Shown here: piece by piece, positions 13,098-27,559 of the stretch | Numbering within the stretch: the stretch's first letter is position 1 | How the letters are laid out: each line of letters starts with the position of its first letter | Assembly: GCA_964016885.1 (NCBI GenBank) | Contig: OZ024757.1 | Span: 21,018,001-21,082,000 of the forward strand | DNA: 64,000 nt | Direction of reading: 5' to 3' | Source: Eledone cirrhosa | Lineage: Eukaryota | Translations under genes and position numbers: made by a program | Notes under the pieces: model-generated | Databases searched by the model: none | What the model was told of the DNA's origin: nothing | Seen by the model: only the letters and a program-made list of their open reading frames with translations

Positions 13098-13797
13098 CAA
13101 TTGTTTCTACTTTTGGCACAAGGCCAGCAATTATCCCAGTGTATTACTGGTACTTTATTGTATCGACCCCGTAAGGATGAAAGGCAAAGTTAACCTCGGC
13201 GGGATTTGAACTCAGACTGTAAAGGGCCGTAACTCTTTGCTACAAAGCATGGCGTCCGACCCTCTACCGATACTGCCAATCCACCACCCACTGAAGTAAA
13301 ATAATTGTTTCTACATTTGGCACAAGGCCAGCAATTATCCCACAGTGTATTACTGGTACTTTATTTTATCGACCCCGTAAGGATGAAAGGCAAAGTTAAC
13401 CTTGGCGGGATTTGAACTCAGACCGTAAAGGGACGTAACTATGTAAAATAATAGTAATAATTGTTTCTACTATTGGCACAAGGCCAGAAATTACCCAGTA
13501 CATTACTGGTACTTTATTTTATCGACCCCATAAGGATGAAAGGCAAAGTTAACCTTGGCGGGATTTGAACTCAGACCGTAAAGGGACATAACTATGTAAA
13601 ATAATAGTAATAATTGTTTCTACTATTGGCACAAGGCCAGCAATTACCCAGTGCATTACTGGTACTTTATTTTATCGACCCCGTAAGGATGAAAGGCAAA
13701 GTTAACCTCGGCGGGATTTGAACTCAGAATGGCAAGGGCCGTAACTCCATGCGTCAAAGCATGGCGTCCGACCCTCTACCGATACTGCCAATCCACC
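13098..13797 (-). mobile_element. Tandem cluster (4 full or partial copies) of the second SINE family
   Basis: Repeated aattgtttctac...ggatttgaactcaga units. Confidence 0.78.
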
Positions 13798-13937
13798 GAA
13801 TAATATCATTATTATTTGGATGAGTAATGTATATTTTAGAATGGCAGGTTAAATATTTCAAACTACACCCAAAACACATCAGAATGTTTAATTCAGAAAG
13901 TTTCCTGATATGATGAATGCTATTTCCCCACCCTTAC

Positions 13938-15420
13938 CCCTATTATACATACCTATTTCATTATATAAACCTGCTATATTATACATACCTATTTCATTAT
14001 ATAAACCTGCTATATTATATATACCTATTTCATTATATACCCCTGCTATATTATATATACCTATTTCATTATATAAACCTGCTATATTATACATACCTAT
14101 TTCATTATATAAACCTGCTATATTATATATACCTATTTCATTATATAAACCTGCTATATTATATATACCTATTTCATTATATAAACCTGCTATATTATAC
14201 ATACCTATTTCATTATATAAACCTGCTATATTATATATACCTATTTCATTATATAAACCTGCTATATTATATATACCTATTTCATTATATAAACCTGCTA
14301 TATTATATATACCTATTTCATTATATAAACCTGCTATATTATACATACCTATTTCATTATATAAACCTGCTATATTATACATACCTATTTCATTATATAA
14401 ACCTGCTATATTATATATACCTATTTCATTATATAAACCTGCTATATTATATATACCTATTTCATTATATAAACCTGCTATATTATACATACCTATTTCA
14501 TTATATAAACCTGCTATATTATATATACCTATTTCATTATATAAACCTGCTATATTATATATACCTATTTCATTATATAAACCTGCTATATTATATATAC
14601 CTATTTCATTATATAAACCTGCTATATTATACATACCTATTTCATTATATAAACCTGCTATATTATACATACCTATTTCATTATATAAACCTGCTATATT
14701 ATATATACCTATTTCATTATATAAACCTGCTATATTATACATACCTATTTCATTATATAAACCTGCTATATTATACATACCTATTTCATTATATACCCCT
14801 GCTATATTATATATACCTATTTCATTATATACCCCTGCTATATTATACATACCTATTTCATTATATACCCCTGCTATATTATATATACCTATTTCATTAT
14901 ATACCCCTGCTATATTATATATACCTATTTCATTATATAAACCTGCTATATTATACATACCTATTTCATTATATAAACCTGCTATATTATACATACCTAT
15001 TTCATTATATAAACCTGCTATATTATATATACCTATTTCATTATATAAACCTGCTATATTATACATACCTATTTCATTATATAAACCTGCTATATTATAC
15101 ATACCTATTTCATTATATACCCCTGCTATATTATATATACCTATTTCATTATATACCCCTGCTATATTATATATACCTATTTCATTATATAAACCTGCTA
15201 TATTATACATACCTATTTCATTATATAAACCTGCTATATTATACATACCTATTTCATTATATAAACCTGCTATATTATATATACCTATTTCATTATATAA
15301 ACCTGCTATATTATATATACCTATTTCATTATATAAACCTGCTATATTATATATACCTATTTCATTATATAAACCTGCTATATTATATATACCTATTTCA
15401 TTATCTACCCCTGCTATATT
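13938..15420. repeat. Homogeneous 36-bp minisatellite, ~41 copies
   Basis: Unit tatattataYatacctatttcattatataaacctgc; explains the 452, 545 and 892-aa pseudo-ORFs. Confidence 0.95.
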
Positions 15421-16564
15421 ATATACACCCTGCTATACTATACACATATTATATACACCCCTGCTATACTATACACCCCTCCTACATTATATACACCCCC
15501 GCTATATTATATCCCTGCTATATTATATACACCTGCTATACTATACACCCCTGATATATTATATACACCTGCTATATTATACACCCCTGCTGTATTATAT
15601 ACACTCCTGCTATACTATACACCCCTGCTATATTCTACACCTCTGCTATACTATACACCTCTGCTATACTATACACCCCTGCTATATTATACACCCCTGC
15701 AATACTATAAACCCCCTGCTATACTATACACCCCTGCTATACTATACACCCCTGCTATACTATACACCTATACTATATTATACACCCCTGCTATACTATA
15801 CACCCCTGATATATTCTACACTCCTGCTATACTATACACCCCTGCTATATTATACACCCCTGCAATACTGTACACCCCTACTATATTATACACCCCTGCA
15901 ATACTATACACCTATACTATATTATACACCCCTGCTATACTATACACCCCTGATATATTCTACACTCCTGCTATACTATACACCCCTGCTATACTATACA
16001 CCTCTACTATATTATACACCCCTGCTATACTATACACCCCTGCAATACTGTACACCCCTGCTATACTATACACCCCTGCTATACTATACACCTCTACTAT
16101 ATTATACACCCCTGTTATATTATACACCCCTGCTATACTATACAGCCCTGCTATATTATACACCCCTGCTATACTATACACCTCTACTATATTATACACC
16201 CCTGCTATACTATACACCTCTACTATATTATACACCCCTGCTATACTATACACCTCTACTATATTATACACCCCTGCTATACTATACACCCCTGCAATAC
16301 TATACACCTCTACTATATTATACACCCCTGCAATACTATACACCTCTACTATATTATACACCCCTGCAATACTATACACCTCTACTATATTCTACACCCC
16401 TGCTATACTATACACCCCTGATATATTCTACACCCCTGCTATACTATACACCCCTACTATATTATACACCCTGCAATACTATACACCCCTGCTATATTCT
16501 ACACCCCTGCTATACTATACACCCCTGCAATACTGTACACCCCTGCTATACTATACACCCCTGC
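15421..16564. repeat. 18-bp minisatellite (tatactatacacccctgc)
   Basis: Direct reading; contiguous with the 36-bp array. Confidence 0.93.
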
Positions 16565-17613
16565 ACTTATGATGTGCTGCAGTCATAGTGTTGTTTTGTT
16601 AAACTAAAGTAACAAGCTAAGCACTTATGATGTGCTGCAGTCATAGTGTTGTTTTATACTTTTCAAGAATGTCTTGCTAGTGTGGTTTCATGTGGTACAG
16701 GATGTTAAGAGTTAATTTACTGTAATAGTGTAGTTGATTTAAACAACAAATTATTCATTGGGGGGGCAGTGATCAGAATCGGCCACCACAGTAAGATCTA
16801 GTTTGTTAAAGGTGGAGTGAGTCATTCCAGAACCATCTTGTAAAATGGTCAGAAGCAACACCAGAGCTTCAGCTTCATTCTCTGGAATTGTTGATTTTTC
16901 CTAGATTTACTACTTTTAATATCAAAGATCAATACAGCTCCCCCAAATATTAAAGAGCCATACACCGCTTCTAAATATTAAACAGCCATAACCCTCCCCT
17001 AAGTAGCCCTCCCATCGGTCAGGCAGAGGTCTTTGATATTTGGGGGCAGGGGATGGCTCTTATTTGGGGGAGGAGTATGGCTCTTATTCGGGGTGGAAGT
17101 TACAGGTCCATTCAAACATACAAAAAAAAAAATACTGAGGTTGGTTCTTTCTCACTTCCCCTCTATCATTCCATCTCTCTCCCTCTCCCTCTCTACCCCC
17201 CCCCCCCACTGTCCTACACTGGAAGAAGCTGTGTTCAAACCTAGAGAAGGGGTGACTTCTATGTTTTAAAATGTCACTTATCTCATCAATGACTCCATCA
17301 GATGCTAACCGTACCACCATACATACATTAGTAGCGAATGGAGGAGCAAAAGTAGTTATACAAGTATTTAGTAGCTGTTGGTGGGTGTGGGGTTTAGGGA
17401 GTGGTACAATGGTGTGTGAAGCATGAGTCAATGTCACATCAATGACTCAGATCATTGAATCACAGTCAAGCCTTCCTAATCGATAACTATAAACTAAGCT
17501 GAGCCCTCCCCTCTATAGATCTGTGTGTGGTGTCTGAGTGTGTTGTGTGTGTGTGTGTTTGTTGTGTCTGAGTGAGTGCGTTTGTTGTGTGTGTGTGTGT
17601 GAGTGTGTGTGTA

Positions 17614-17660
<47 letters not shown>

Positions 17661-17980
17661 ATATACATATGTATGAGAATGGAAATCTACACAAATGGAC
17701 CAATAGGCCTGTGTGTGTAAAGCGATGAAGGTTGTCTTATTGTGTTTATGCGTGTGCGTATGTATGAGAGTGCGTGGGTGTGTGTACACATCTATGTGTG
17801 TGTGTGTGTGTGTGTACATATATATGCGTGTGTAAATGACTGAAAGTAAATATGAATCAGTAAATTATATATTTTGTCTCTATGTACTTACAACTTTGTT
17901 GCTGTGTGGCTGAGTTAGAAAGAGAGAGATTATAGGTGTATGTATATAGATAAATAAGCTTTTGTGTTTGCTTATATATA

Positions 17981-18098
17981 CTAGCAGAAAAAACACCGTC
18001 GGGGTGGTTTTCTGCTAGCATGTGTAGTGTGTATATTGATATTATACGCAGGTGTATATATACATGTAGATATGATACATCAAATAAAATAGTAATTG

Positions 18099-18129
<31 letters not shown>

Positions 18130-18310
18130 CATAGAAATTGAACGAAGACGTTGTTACACTGTCTTATGAAATCAGTAACGTAATCCATGATACATTAAAA
18201 GAAGACGATAATACTGTATATAATCTTCATTAGGAGAAAATTAGTATGATTATTTAAGTGATCGCCACCGGAAGTGTTGACATCACACACCCTCTATTTC
18301 TATATATATG
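17981..18310 (-). mobile_element. Possible Helitron-like relic with terminal hairpin
   Basis: ctagcagaaaa...ttttctgctag inverted repeat at 17981-18018; the other end is followed by tatatata. Confidence 0.35.
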
Positions 18311-18431
18311 GTAGTTGAGGTGGTGGTAACGATATACCGGAAGTGCAATTTTAAAAAGAAGTCAATTTTAAATTATTTATTTTTACGAAATTATTTTTGT
18401 TTACGAAATTTAGTCGATAAATTATGGAATA

Positions 18432-18857
18432 TTCGATAAAATAAAGTACCAGTCACGCACTGGAATCGATTTAATCGACCCCACCCCCCAATAAATTACT
18501 GGCCTTGTGCCTATATAAGAATTGGCAGTATCCGGAGAGGGTCGGACGCCATGCTTTGACGCATTGAGTTACGGCCCTTGCCATTCTGAGTTCAAATCCC
18601 GCCGAGGTTAACTTTGCCTTTCATCCTTACGGCGTCGATAAAATAAAGGAACCAGTAATATCCTGGGTTAATTGGTGGCCTTGTGCTAAAAAGTAGAAAC
18701 AATTATTTATTCAAAGCTGGATTCAAAGGGCAGTGGATTGGCAGTATCGGTAGAGGGTCGGATGCCATGCTTTGCAGCAAAGAGTTACGGCCCTTTATGG
18801 TCTGAGTTCAAATCCCGCCGAGGTTAACTTTGCCTTTCTACCTTACGGGGTCGATAA
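18432..18857 (+). mobile_element. Cluster of second-family SINE copies
   Basis: Same motifs, 2-3 partial copies. Confidence 0.7.
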
Positions 18858-19272
18858 TATAATAGTAAATAATAGTATATATAGAGAAGACCCGCCTTAC
18901 CTAAATACAAAGTAAAATTACTACAGTCAGTAGGCATCTCTAACAAAATACACCCCCGTCCCACCACCCCCACCCCATCCACACCGCCCCCTCTATGTAA
19001 AGTTATGTTGGTGCCACACCATCCAGGCCGAAACAAATGAGATCGTGTAGGTGTCACGGCAAAAAAACACACAGTCCACGCTGTAATGTGGCCGTGTAGG
19101 CAACACGGTAAAAACCTCCCAGACCCACACTGTAAATGTGGTTGGTGTTAGGAAGGGCATCCAACTGTAGAAAACCTGCCAGACAGTCCTATGCGGGCAA
19201 GACAATCACTCTTGCCTCAAGTGGGAAAACCCCCGTCCAAACCCATGCAAGCGTGGAACACGGACGTTAAAC

Positions 19273-19305
<33 letters not shown>

Positions 19306-19400
19306 AGAGTAATGTGAATGTTATGTGAGATATTATGTGAGGTAAAGCCTTTACCATGAAAATATAATAGTATATATAGAGTAATGTGAATGCTCAAGGG
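19306..19400 (+). mobile_element. Right-end fragment of the piggyBac-type MITE
   Basis: One internal unit followed by gaatgctcaaggg|TTAA. Confidence 0.55.
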
Positions 19401-19429
19401 TTAAAAAATGTTCTAGTTGTGCAGCATTT

Positions 19430-19810
19430 CTCTCTCGCCCTTTATCTTCCTTTCAAAGTGGAACTTAATCGGAGTGGGTCTTAATCGGAGAGGAAAGTAT
19501 CTGTCTTCAGACAGTCGTGTCCACCGCATAAACTTTTTCACTACCGCTATCAAACAGAGGAAAACTGCCTACTCTTCCCGGTCAAAAGAAGGTGTTGGGG
19601 CAATCTTCACTATGGCACTATGGACTCGGTTGGTAGCCAGATCTGTCCCACCACACGATAACAGTTGTTCGACATAACTCCAGAAGTCAGCAATATATGT
19701 GCAGAACAGATTCATCGCTCGGCACGTATCTTGGACAGCACCATCTGACAGCACTACCGGGCCTATAGAGTTTATCACAAACCCGCAGGGCTCCCCAGTA
19801 GCACTGCCAA
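19430..19810 (-). mobile_element. Degenerate Tx1/L1-clade LINE C-terminal fragment
   Basis: Frameshifted pieces GALRVCDKLYR..CPR, IADFWSYVEQLLS and IVKIAPTPSFDREE. The end resembles the start of the 6.7 kb fragment. Confidence 0.6.
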
Positions 19811-19908
19811 AATCATTTCTACTGTAGGCATAAGGCCAACAATTTGGGAGAAGGGAAAGTCAATTAAATCGACCCCATTCATCAGACACTCTACCAATCC
19901 TACTAATT

Positions 19909-20265
19909 CACCACCACCACCACCACTTGCACCAGTCACCCCCTGCCTGCACCACAACACAGCCACCAACACCACCACTACCACTAGCACCACCACTACC
20001 ACAGCCACCACCATCACAGCCACCACCATCACCACCACCACCACAGTCACCACTACTACAGCCACCACCACCGCCACCACCACTAGCACCACCACCACCA
20101 CCACTACAGTCACCACCCACCACGGCCACCACCACCACCACAGCCACCATCACCCATCACCACCACCACAGCCACTACCACTACCACAGCCACCATCACA
20201 ACCACCACCACAGCCACCACCACCACCACTACCACAGCCATCACCCACCACCACAACCACACCAC
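19909..20265. repeat. Degenerate (CAC)n low-complexity tract
   Basis: Direct reading. Confidence 0.9.
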
Positions 20266-21292
20266 CTCTTAACAATAATACAAGTTTTAATAAGATTCCA
20301 CCAACTAACATTGACCTTTATTCCAAGACAGTCTATAGATTGTCTAATTGACAACTAATTCAACAGATTATCCTTCCACATCCAGCTAACAGTAAACAAC
20401 AAGTGCTTTCCCCCCTCTCTCATCTTCCCCTTCCCCTCATCTTTTATTTCTCTCTTCCCTCTCATTTGTTTTATCTCTCTATCCTAAACCCCTCTCTCAA
20501 TCTCATAATTTTTTCTACCCTCTCCTCTCTTATTTCTTACCTCCTCCCTCTCCCCCCACTTTCTCTGGTTTATTTCTCTCCTCCCTCCCAGCATCCCTCA
20601 CTCTCTCACTCTCTCTAGGTTTTTCTCTCCCACTCCACCTTGGTTTATCTCTCTCCTTCTGCTCTCCATCCCCTCATTTCTTCCCTCACCCCACCATCAA
20701 CTGGAGACCTGTGAAGTGAAATGATTCAAGAATGCAGCCCCTAATTTGTTCTTCATATTTAGTTTGATGGATTGTCTTTAGATGACATGATCCCTTATCC
20801 ACATATATATATATAATGTATTGGGTAGAGAGAGAGAGAGAGAGAGAAAGAAGCAAGGATGTATATGCTCCATATACAGATTCTATCAAGCTTATTGCCT
20901 TCTCATCATGACTGTGACTGGGCTTTTCTGGTGTTGAAATATTTACCAGAGTCCATATCAAGCTGTATGGCCTAATGGTTAGAATGATTGACCTATGATT
21001 GTAATGTCACATCAGTTCGATTCCTGGACAGGCTGCTGTGCTGTTCTTGAAAAAAAAAAAACACTTTAAATTCCAAGAGCTGTCATAGTTAAAATCGTTG
21101 GAGACCAACAAGGGCAATTACTTCTTAGACAACTGTGAGAGGGTGTTGGGCATTCTTCATGCAATCTGCTAGAAAAGTCATGTCATCTGCCAAGTCAATA
21201 TCTGTAAGATGTATCTTTATTAGTGGACAAATAATTGTGAAAATTTGTAGTAAACTAAAGAAAAAAACTTAAATTGTTAGTGTGATACAGTG

Positions 21293-21487
21293 ATAATTCT
21301 ACTTTTTGGCACAAGGCCAGCAATTACCCAGTGTATTACTGGTACTTTATTTTGTCGAACCCGTAAGGATGAAAGGCAAAGTTAACCTCGGCGGGATTTG
21401 AACTCAGAATGGCAAGGGCTGTAACTCCATGCGTCAAAGCATAACATCCGACCCTCTACCGATACTGCCATGGCAATCCACCGCCCT
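21293..21487 (-). mobile_element. Single copy of the second SINE family
   Basis: Same motifs, reverse orientation. Confidence 0.7.
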
Positions 21488-22957
21488 GATAACAGTGATA
21501 GAGTGATAATGTTGTTTTGTACTTCTCCAGAATAACTAGTGGGCTTTCATGTGGTTTGTTAACTCAAATATATATAGTATCTTTACTTAGTGGGCAGAAC
21601 TTTGTGAAAAATTGCTGTATTAGAGTAAAGACTTTAACTTTTAATGCGATGCAGTCACTGTGGTATTTTTTGTACTTTTCAAGAATGTCTTGTTAATGTG
21701 GTTTCATGGGGTTTCTTATTTAAATGTTTATAATACTAGTGAAAACATTTTTATGAAAATTTGCAGTAAACTAAAATAGTTTTAATTCAAGAATATTTTG
21801 TAAATGTGGTTGGTTTCATGTGGTACAGGATATTAAGAATTAATTTTGTTGAAGTAGAGTTAAGAAAAACTGTAAAAAAATACCACATTTTAACTGACAG
21901 GCGGACTGTATTCTACCTAGGCACTAGTTGTAGAAGAAGCTGTTCTCTGTGATTAGACTTGAGTGTGACATATTTGGGAAGCTGGTTGGATGTATGGATT
22001 ATTTCCAGCTAGTTAATTGGTTAAATTCAGCACCAACATGATATCTATTCAAGCAGAATTGACGGGAGACACTTAATAACAATAATTAGCAGGATGAATC
22101 AACTGTGAATATTGATCTTTCTTGCCTTCTTTCCTTCTATCTTTATCACTTTAAGAAAGTTAGCAGGCAAACAATATTTCAAGAAGTATCACACAAGCAA
22201 TGTTGTGACACTATATTGTAGTGTAGTAACACATTACTGCAACTGACTATAAATATCATAGAGTGAGTTACAAACTCAAGATAGTCTTTTACAATTAAAT
22301 AGCTCAAAGAAGGAAATCTTTCTGAGCTGTGTAATATAATTGGATATATGAGAGGGATGAACACAAATATAAGTATACATGTGTTTCAATTGCAAATGAC
22401 CAAGTTAGCTAGGTTGAAAAAATACTAATTTAAAACAATATGGTTTGCCTGACTTGATTTAACGTAATAAATTAATAAAATATAGATTTTGTTTTTTAGA
22501 CTAGTGTAAACACAAGCAGATACAAACTCATATATAAGTGTGTGTATATATATATATATGTGTGTGTGTGTATATATATATATATATAGACCTGGGATGA
22601 GGCGATGACACACGACCGTAACCTCTGGCGTCACGCAGTAATACAGAAGACCTGACCCCCCACAGGAACAAGCTGAAGCATATAGACAATAGTGGTCGTG
22701 GAGGTGTCACGATAAAAAAGTACCCAGCCCACACTGTAAAGTGGACGTGTAGGTGCCACGTAAAAAAAGACACCCAGCACTCACTGTAAATGAGGTTGGT
22801 GTTAGGAAGGGCATCCAGCTGTAGAAATCAAGCCAGAATCAGTTCCCGTATGAGCAAGACAAGTTCAGCCGACCAGACACTGCTCACAACAGGACAACCC
22901 GTCTAATCCATGCTAGCGTGGAAGAACGGACGTAAAACGATGATGATGATGATATAT

Positions 22958-23310
22958 ATCATCATCATTTTACGTCCGCTTTTCCCTGCTTGCAAGGGTG
23001 GGACGGGAACTGATTCTGGCTTGATTTCTACAGCTGGATGCCCTTCCTAACACCAACGTCATTTACAGTGAGTTCTGGGTGCTTTTTCTCCGTGGCACCT
23101 CCACGACCACCTTACAGTGTGGGCTGGGTGCTTTTTTTCCGTGGCACCTTCACGACCACTTTGCAGTGGAATGATAGGTACTCATTTCTACAGGTGAATG
23201 AACTGGAGCAATGTGAAATAAAGTGTCTTGCTCAAGGAAACAACACATCACCCGGTCCGAGAATCAAACTCACAACCTTTCGATTGCAAGCCCAATGCCA
23301 TGTGCCTCCA
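22958..23310 (-). mobile_element. CORE-type SINE (RTE tail)
   Basis: Same family; tail-to-tail with the RTE 3' fragment at 22588-22953. Confidence 0.75.
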
Positions 23311-23939
23311 TATATATATATATATATATATATATAGAAGTGGTTACACAACAGTTAGTTCACCATACCGAGAACAATTGTTTCACCTTAGCGAATCCTC
23401 AGCTCGAGCAGTTGTGTAACCACTTCTACCTAACTCGTCCCATTGACTGAGTGCTCTACCACTACGGATATTACCTTCCAGTGTTCCACCACTATATATA
23501 TATATATAGTAATACAGAAGACCCGCCTTGCTTATGTACAAAGCGAAACCTAGTCAGTAGGCACCTCTTAACCAAATATACACCCCAATCCACTACCCCT
23601 ACCCTATCCTCCCACCAACACCACCCTCTCTCTATAAAGTTGGTACCACAACATCCAGTCCAAATAAATGAGATAATGAGATCGAGGTCGTGTAGGTGTC
23701 ACGAGAAAAAACACGCAGTCCACGCTGTAATGTGGCCGTGTAGGTAACACGGTAAAAAGTTCCCAGTGCCACACTGTAAACGTGGTTGGTGTTAGGAAGG
23801 GCATCCAGCCGTAGAAAACCTGCCAGATAGTCCTATATGAGCGAGACACGGTCACCCGACCAACCTTGCCTCAAGTGGGACAACTCCCGTCTAACCCATG
23901 CTAGCGTGGAAAATGGACGTTAAACGAAGATGATGATGA

Positions 23940-23973
<34 letters not shown>

Positions 23974-24645
23974 CGTGGAGAACTTAATATTGGTAACAAA
24001 AATTTATTGGACCGTTTTGTACAACCAATAATACACCTTACCATATATATATATATATATAAATAAATAAATTTATTGAACCAGACAAATAGAATTTGTC
24101 CAAGATTGCTGTTTGCCACTCGCTCCATGATTTTACATCTTATACATGTTTTTTCTAATGTATACACTGTGTGTGTGTATAGATTGCTTGTTTTGGTACT
24201 TCCACCTGAAATTCACTGAATTACTTACACTATATATATATATAAAGGTGTAGATATTAGTGTCATAAATATACGACAGACATTAGAATAAATATATTAC
24301 AGACACCAGTGTCATAAATATATCACAGACACCAATGTTATAAATGTATACAATGTCATAAATGTATATGATAGACACAGTAAGTAATAAATACCAGTGA
24401 ATATTATTCCATTTGATACAGTAACAGTAACACCCAATAATATTGTACAGTTATGTTGTTATTGTTTTATGTGGCACATAAACATCAAAGGACCAGCAGT
24501 GATGTAAATAACTCTTTTATATTATATGTATCAGATATGAAAACATTTAATAGAGTCGATATGATTGGCTTGCAGTGCTCCAGAATGGCCACTGTCACAT
24601 AACTGAAGCCAGTAGAATAAAATAATATGTGTATGTGCATAGGTA

Positions 24646-24688
<43 letters not shown>

Positions 24689-24695
24689 GTATATA

Positions 24696-24750
<55 letters not shown>

Positions 24751-24765
24751 ATATATATGTATATA

Positions 24766-24820
<55 letters not shown>

Positions 24821-24865
24821 GTATGTATATATATATGTATATATATATATATGTATATATGTATA

Positions 24866-25322
24866 TATGAGGAGCGCAATGCTGCATGGTAGTGAGAAAT
24901 GGGCAGCAACTGCAGAGGATATGAGACGGCTGGAGAGAAATGAGGCAAGCATGCTCGTTTGGTTGTGCAGTGTAAATGTGCGTGAACGACCCAGCATGAA
25001 TGTGTTGAGAGAGAAACTGTGTCTGAGAGGGATAGAATGTAGTGTACGGGAGAGGAGACTGAGGTGGTATGGACATGTGATGCGCATGGAGGGTGACCGA
25101 TGGGTGAAGAAGTGCCAGGAAATGCCAGTTGAAGGAAGACGTGGTAGAGGTAGACCACGAAAAACATGGGCGGAGGTGGTGAGAACAGACCTCAGATCAT
25201 TGAAGCTCACGGTGGAGATGACGAAGGACCGTGACGAGTCGAGAGATGCTGTGCTGAATAGGACACGTTCAGCCCTTGCAAGCAGGGAAGAGCGGACGTA
25301 AAATGATGATGATGATGATGAT
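24866..25322 (+). mobile_element. RTE LINE 3' fragment (short-tail subfamily)
   Basis: [11 protein letters not shown]...[12 protein letters not shown]...GRGRPRKTW, tail cccttgcaagcaggg...(GAT)n. Confidence 0.85.
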
Positions 25323-26330
25323 ATATATATATATATGTTTTACGTGTTACGTAATTCCAAAGGTAAAAAGAGTGCTCTATGTATAGAACAGAGCTATTTA
25401 ATTAGAAAGTAAACAACACAACATATAACTACTCCATTACCAAAGGTTTCTGGATCACAGACGATAATAATATATACATCTGGCTCTATCTGACGACCGA
25501 TCCAGACATATATATTATTATCTTCTGTGATCCAGAAACCTTTGCTAATGGAGTAGTTATATTTTGTGTTGTTCACTTTCTAATTAAATATATATATATA
25601 TTACCGTCTAACCCATGCTAGCATGGAAGAACGGACATAAAACGGTGATGATGATGATGATGATATATTTATATATATATGTTTTTAACCTGATTAGTTC
25701 TTTCGTTGTTTTGGTATTGTATAGTTGGGTTTTGCCTACCGCAATTTTCAATTTGTCAAGCTATTTAAACGTATGTTATTACTCTAAGGAGTACCCTTAT
25801 TGAGTGCTTTGCTACTCATTCCTTATTGTAGGTCGACTTTGCTTGGCCACAGCCAAAGATTCGATTTTACTAAGCTTCCACTTGTATATGTATATATATA
25901 TATATATGTAAATATCTTTAAGTCGTTTGGAAGCCTCGACAATGCAAATGGGTAAATCTCCGGGTAACAAGGTCCGGTGGTGGAGAGAGAGATGTAAGTG
26001 GGTGTACGTTGAGATGCGTGGTGTGTATAAGATGTGTGAGATGTGTATAAGATGTGTGAGATGTGTAGAATGTATATATATATATATCGAAGACCTGCCT
26101 TCCCTACATGCAAAGTAAACCTACAGTCAGTAAGCCCCTCCTAACAAATATACACCCAAACCCCTTACTCCATCCTCCCACTCCTACCTACACCACCCTT
26201 TCTCAGTAAAGTTATGTTGGTACCACAGCATCCAGTCCAAACTAAAGAAGTCATGTAGGTGTCACCACAAAAAAAACACACAGTCCACGCTGTGATGTGG
26301 CCGTGTAGGAAAAGGCTCCCAGTCCACACT

Positions 26331-27473
26331 GATAGAAAAAGATGTAAGATAGAAGAAGGTGTAAGATAGAAGAAGGTGTAAGATAGAAGAAGGTGTAAGA
26401 TAGAAAAAGATGTAAGATAGAAGAAGGTGTAAGATAGAAGAAGGTGTAAGATAGAAGAAGGTGTAAGATAGAAGAAGGTGTAAGATAGAAAAAGATGTAA
26501 GATAGAAAAGGATGTAAGATAGAAAAGGATGTAAGATAGAAAAGGATGTAAGATAGAAGAAGATGTAAGATAGAAGAAGATGTAAGATAGAAGAAGATGT
26601 AAGATAGAAGAAGGTGTAAGATAGAAGAAGGTGTAAGATAGAAAAAGATGTAAGATAGAAAAGGATGTAAGATAGAAAAGGATGTAAGATAGAAGAAGGT
26701 GTAAGATAGAAGAAGGTGTAAGATAGAAGAAGGTGTAAGATAGAAAAAGATGTAAGATAGAAAAGGATGTAAGATAGAAAAGGATGTAAGATAGAAAAGG
26801 ATGTAAGATAGAAGAAGATGTAAGATAGAAGAAGATGTAAGATAGAAGAAGATGTAAGATAGAAGAAGGTGTAAGATAGAAGAAGGTGTAAGATAGAAAA
26901 AGATGTAAGATAGAAAAGGATGTAAGATAGAAAAGGATGTAAGATAGAAGAAGGTGTAAGATAGAAGAAGATGTAAGATAGAAGAAGATGTAAGATAGAA
27001 AGGATGTAACATAGAAAAGGATGTAAGATAGAAAAAGATGTAAGATAGAAAAAGATGTAAGATAGAAAAGGATGTAAGATAGAAAAGGATGTAAGATAGA
27101 AGATGTAAGATAGAAAAAAGATGTAAGATAGAAGATGTAAGATAGAAGAAGATGTAAGATAGAAAAAGATGTAAGATAGAAAAAGATGTAAGATAGAAAA
27201 GGATGTAAGATAGAAGAAGATGTAAGATAGAAAAAGATGTAAGATAGAAAAGGATGTAAGATAGAAGATGTAAGATAGAAAAAGATGTAAGATAGAAAAA
27301 GATGTAAGATAGAAAAGGATGTAAGATAGAAAAGGATGTAAGATAGAAGAAGATGTAAGATAGAAAAGGATGTAAGATAGAAGAAGATGTAAGATAGAAA
27401 AAGATGTAAGATAGAAGATGTAAGATACAAGAAGATGTAAGATAGAAGAAGATGTAAGATAGAAGAAGATGTG
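26331..27473. repeat. Purine-rich 17-bp minisatellite (gatagaaRaRgRtgtaa)
   Basis: Direct reading. Confidence 0.95.
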
Positions 27474-27559
27474 AGGAGAGGTGGAAAAAGAAAGATATGA
27501 AGAAAAGGGAGATTACTGGAGAGAAAATAGGCCATGTGTGTGTATTGATATGAGTGTAT

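Noticed and set aside
13888-16588. 892, 545 and 452-aa ORFs
   Set aside because: Translations of 36-bp and 18-bp minisatellites, open in several frames on both strands.
26165-27535. 456-aa hydrophobic ORF
   Set aside because: Translation of the 17-bp satellite.
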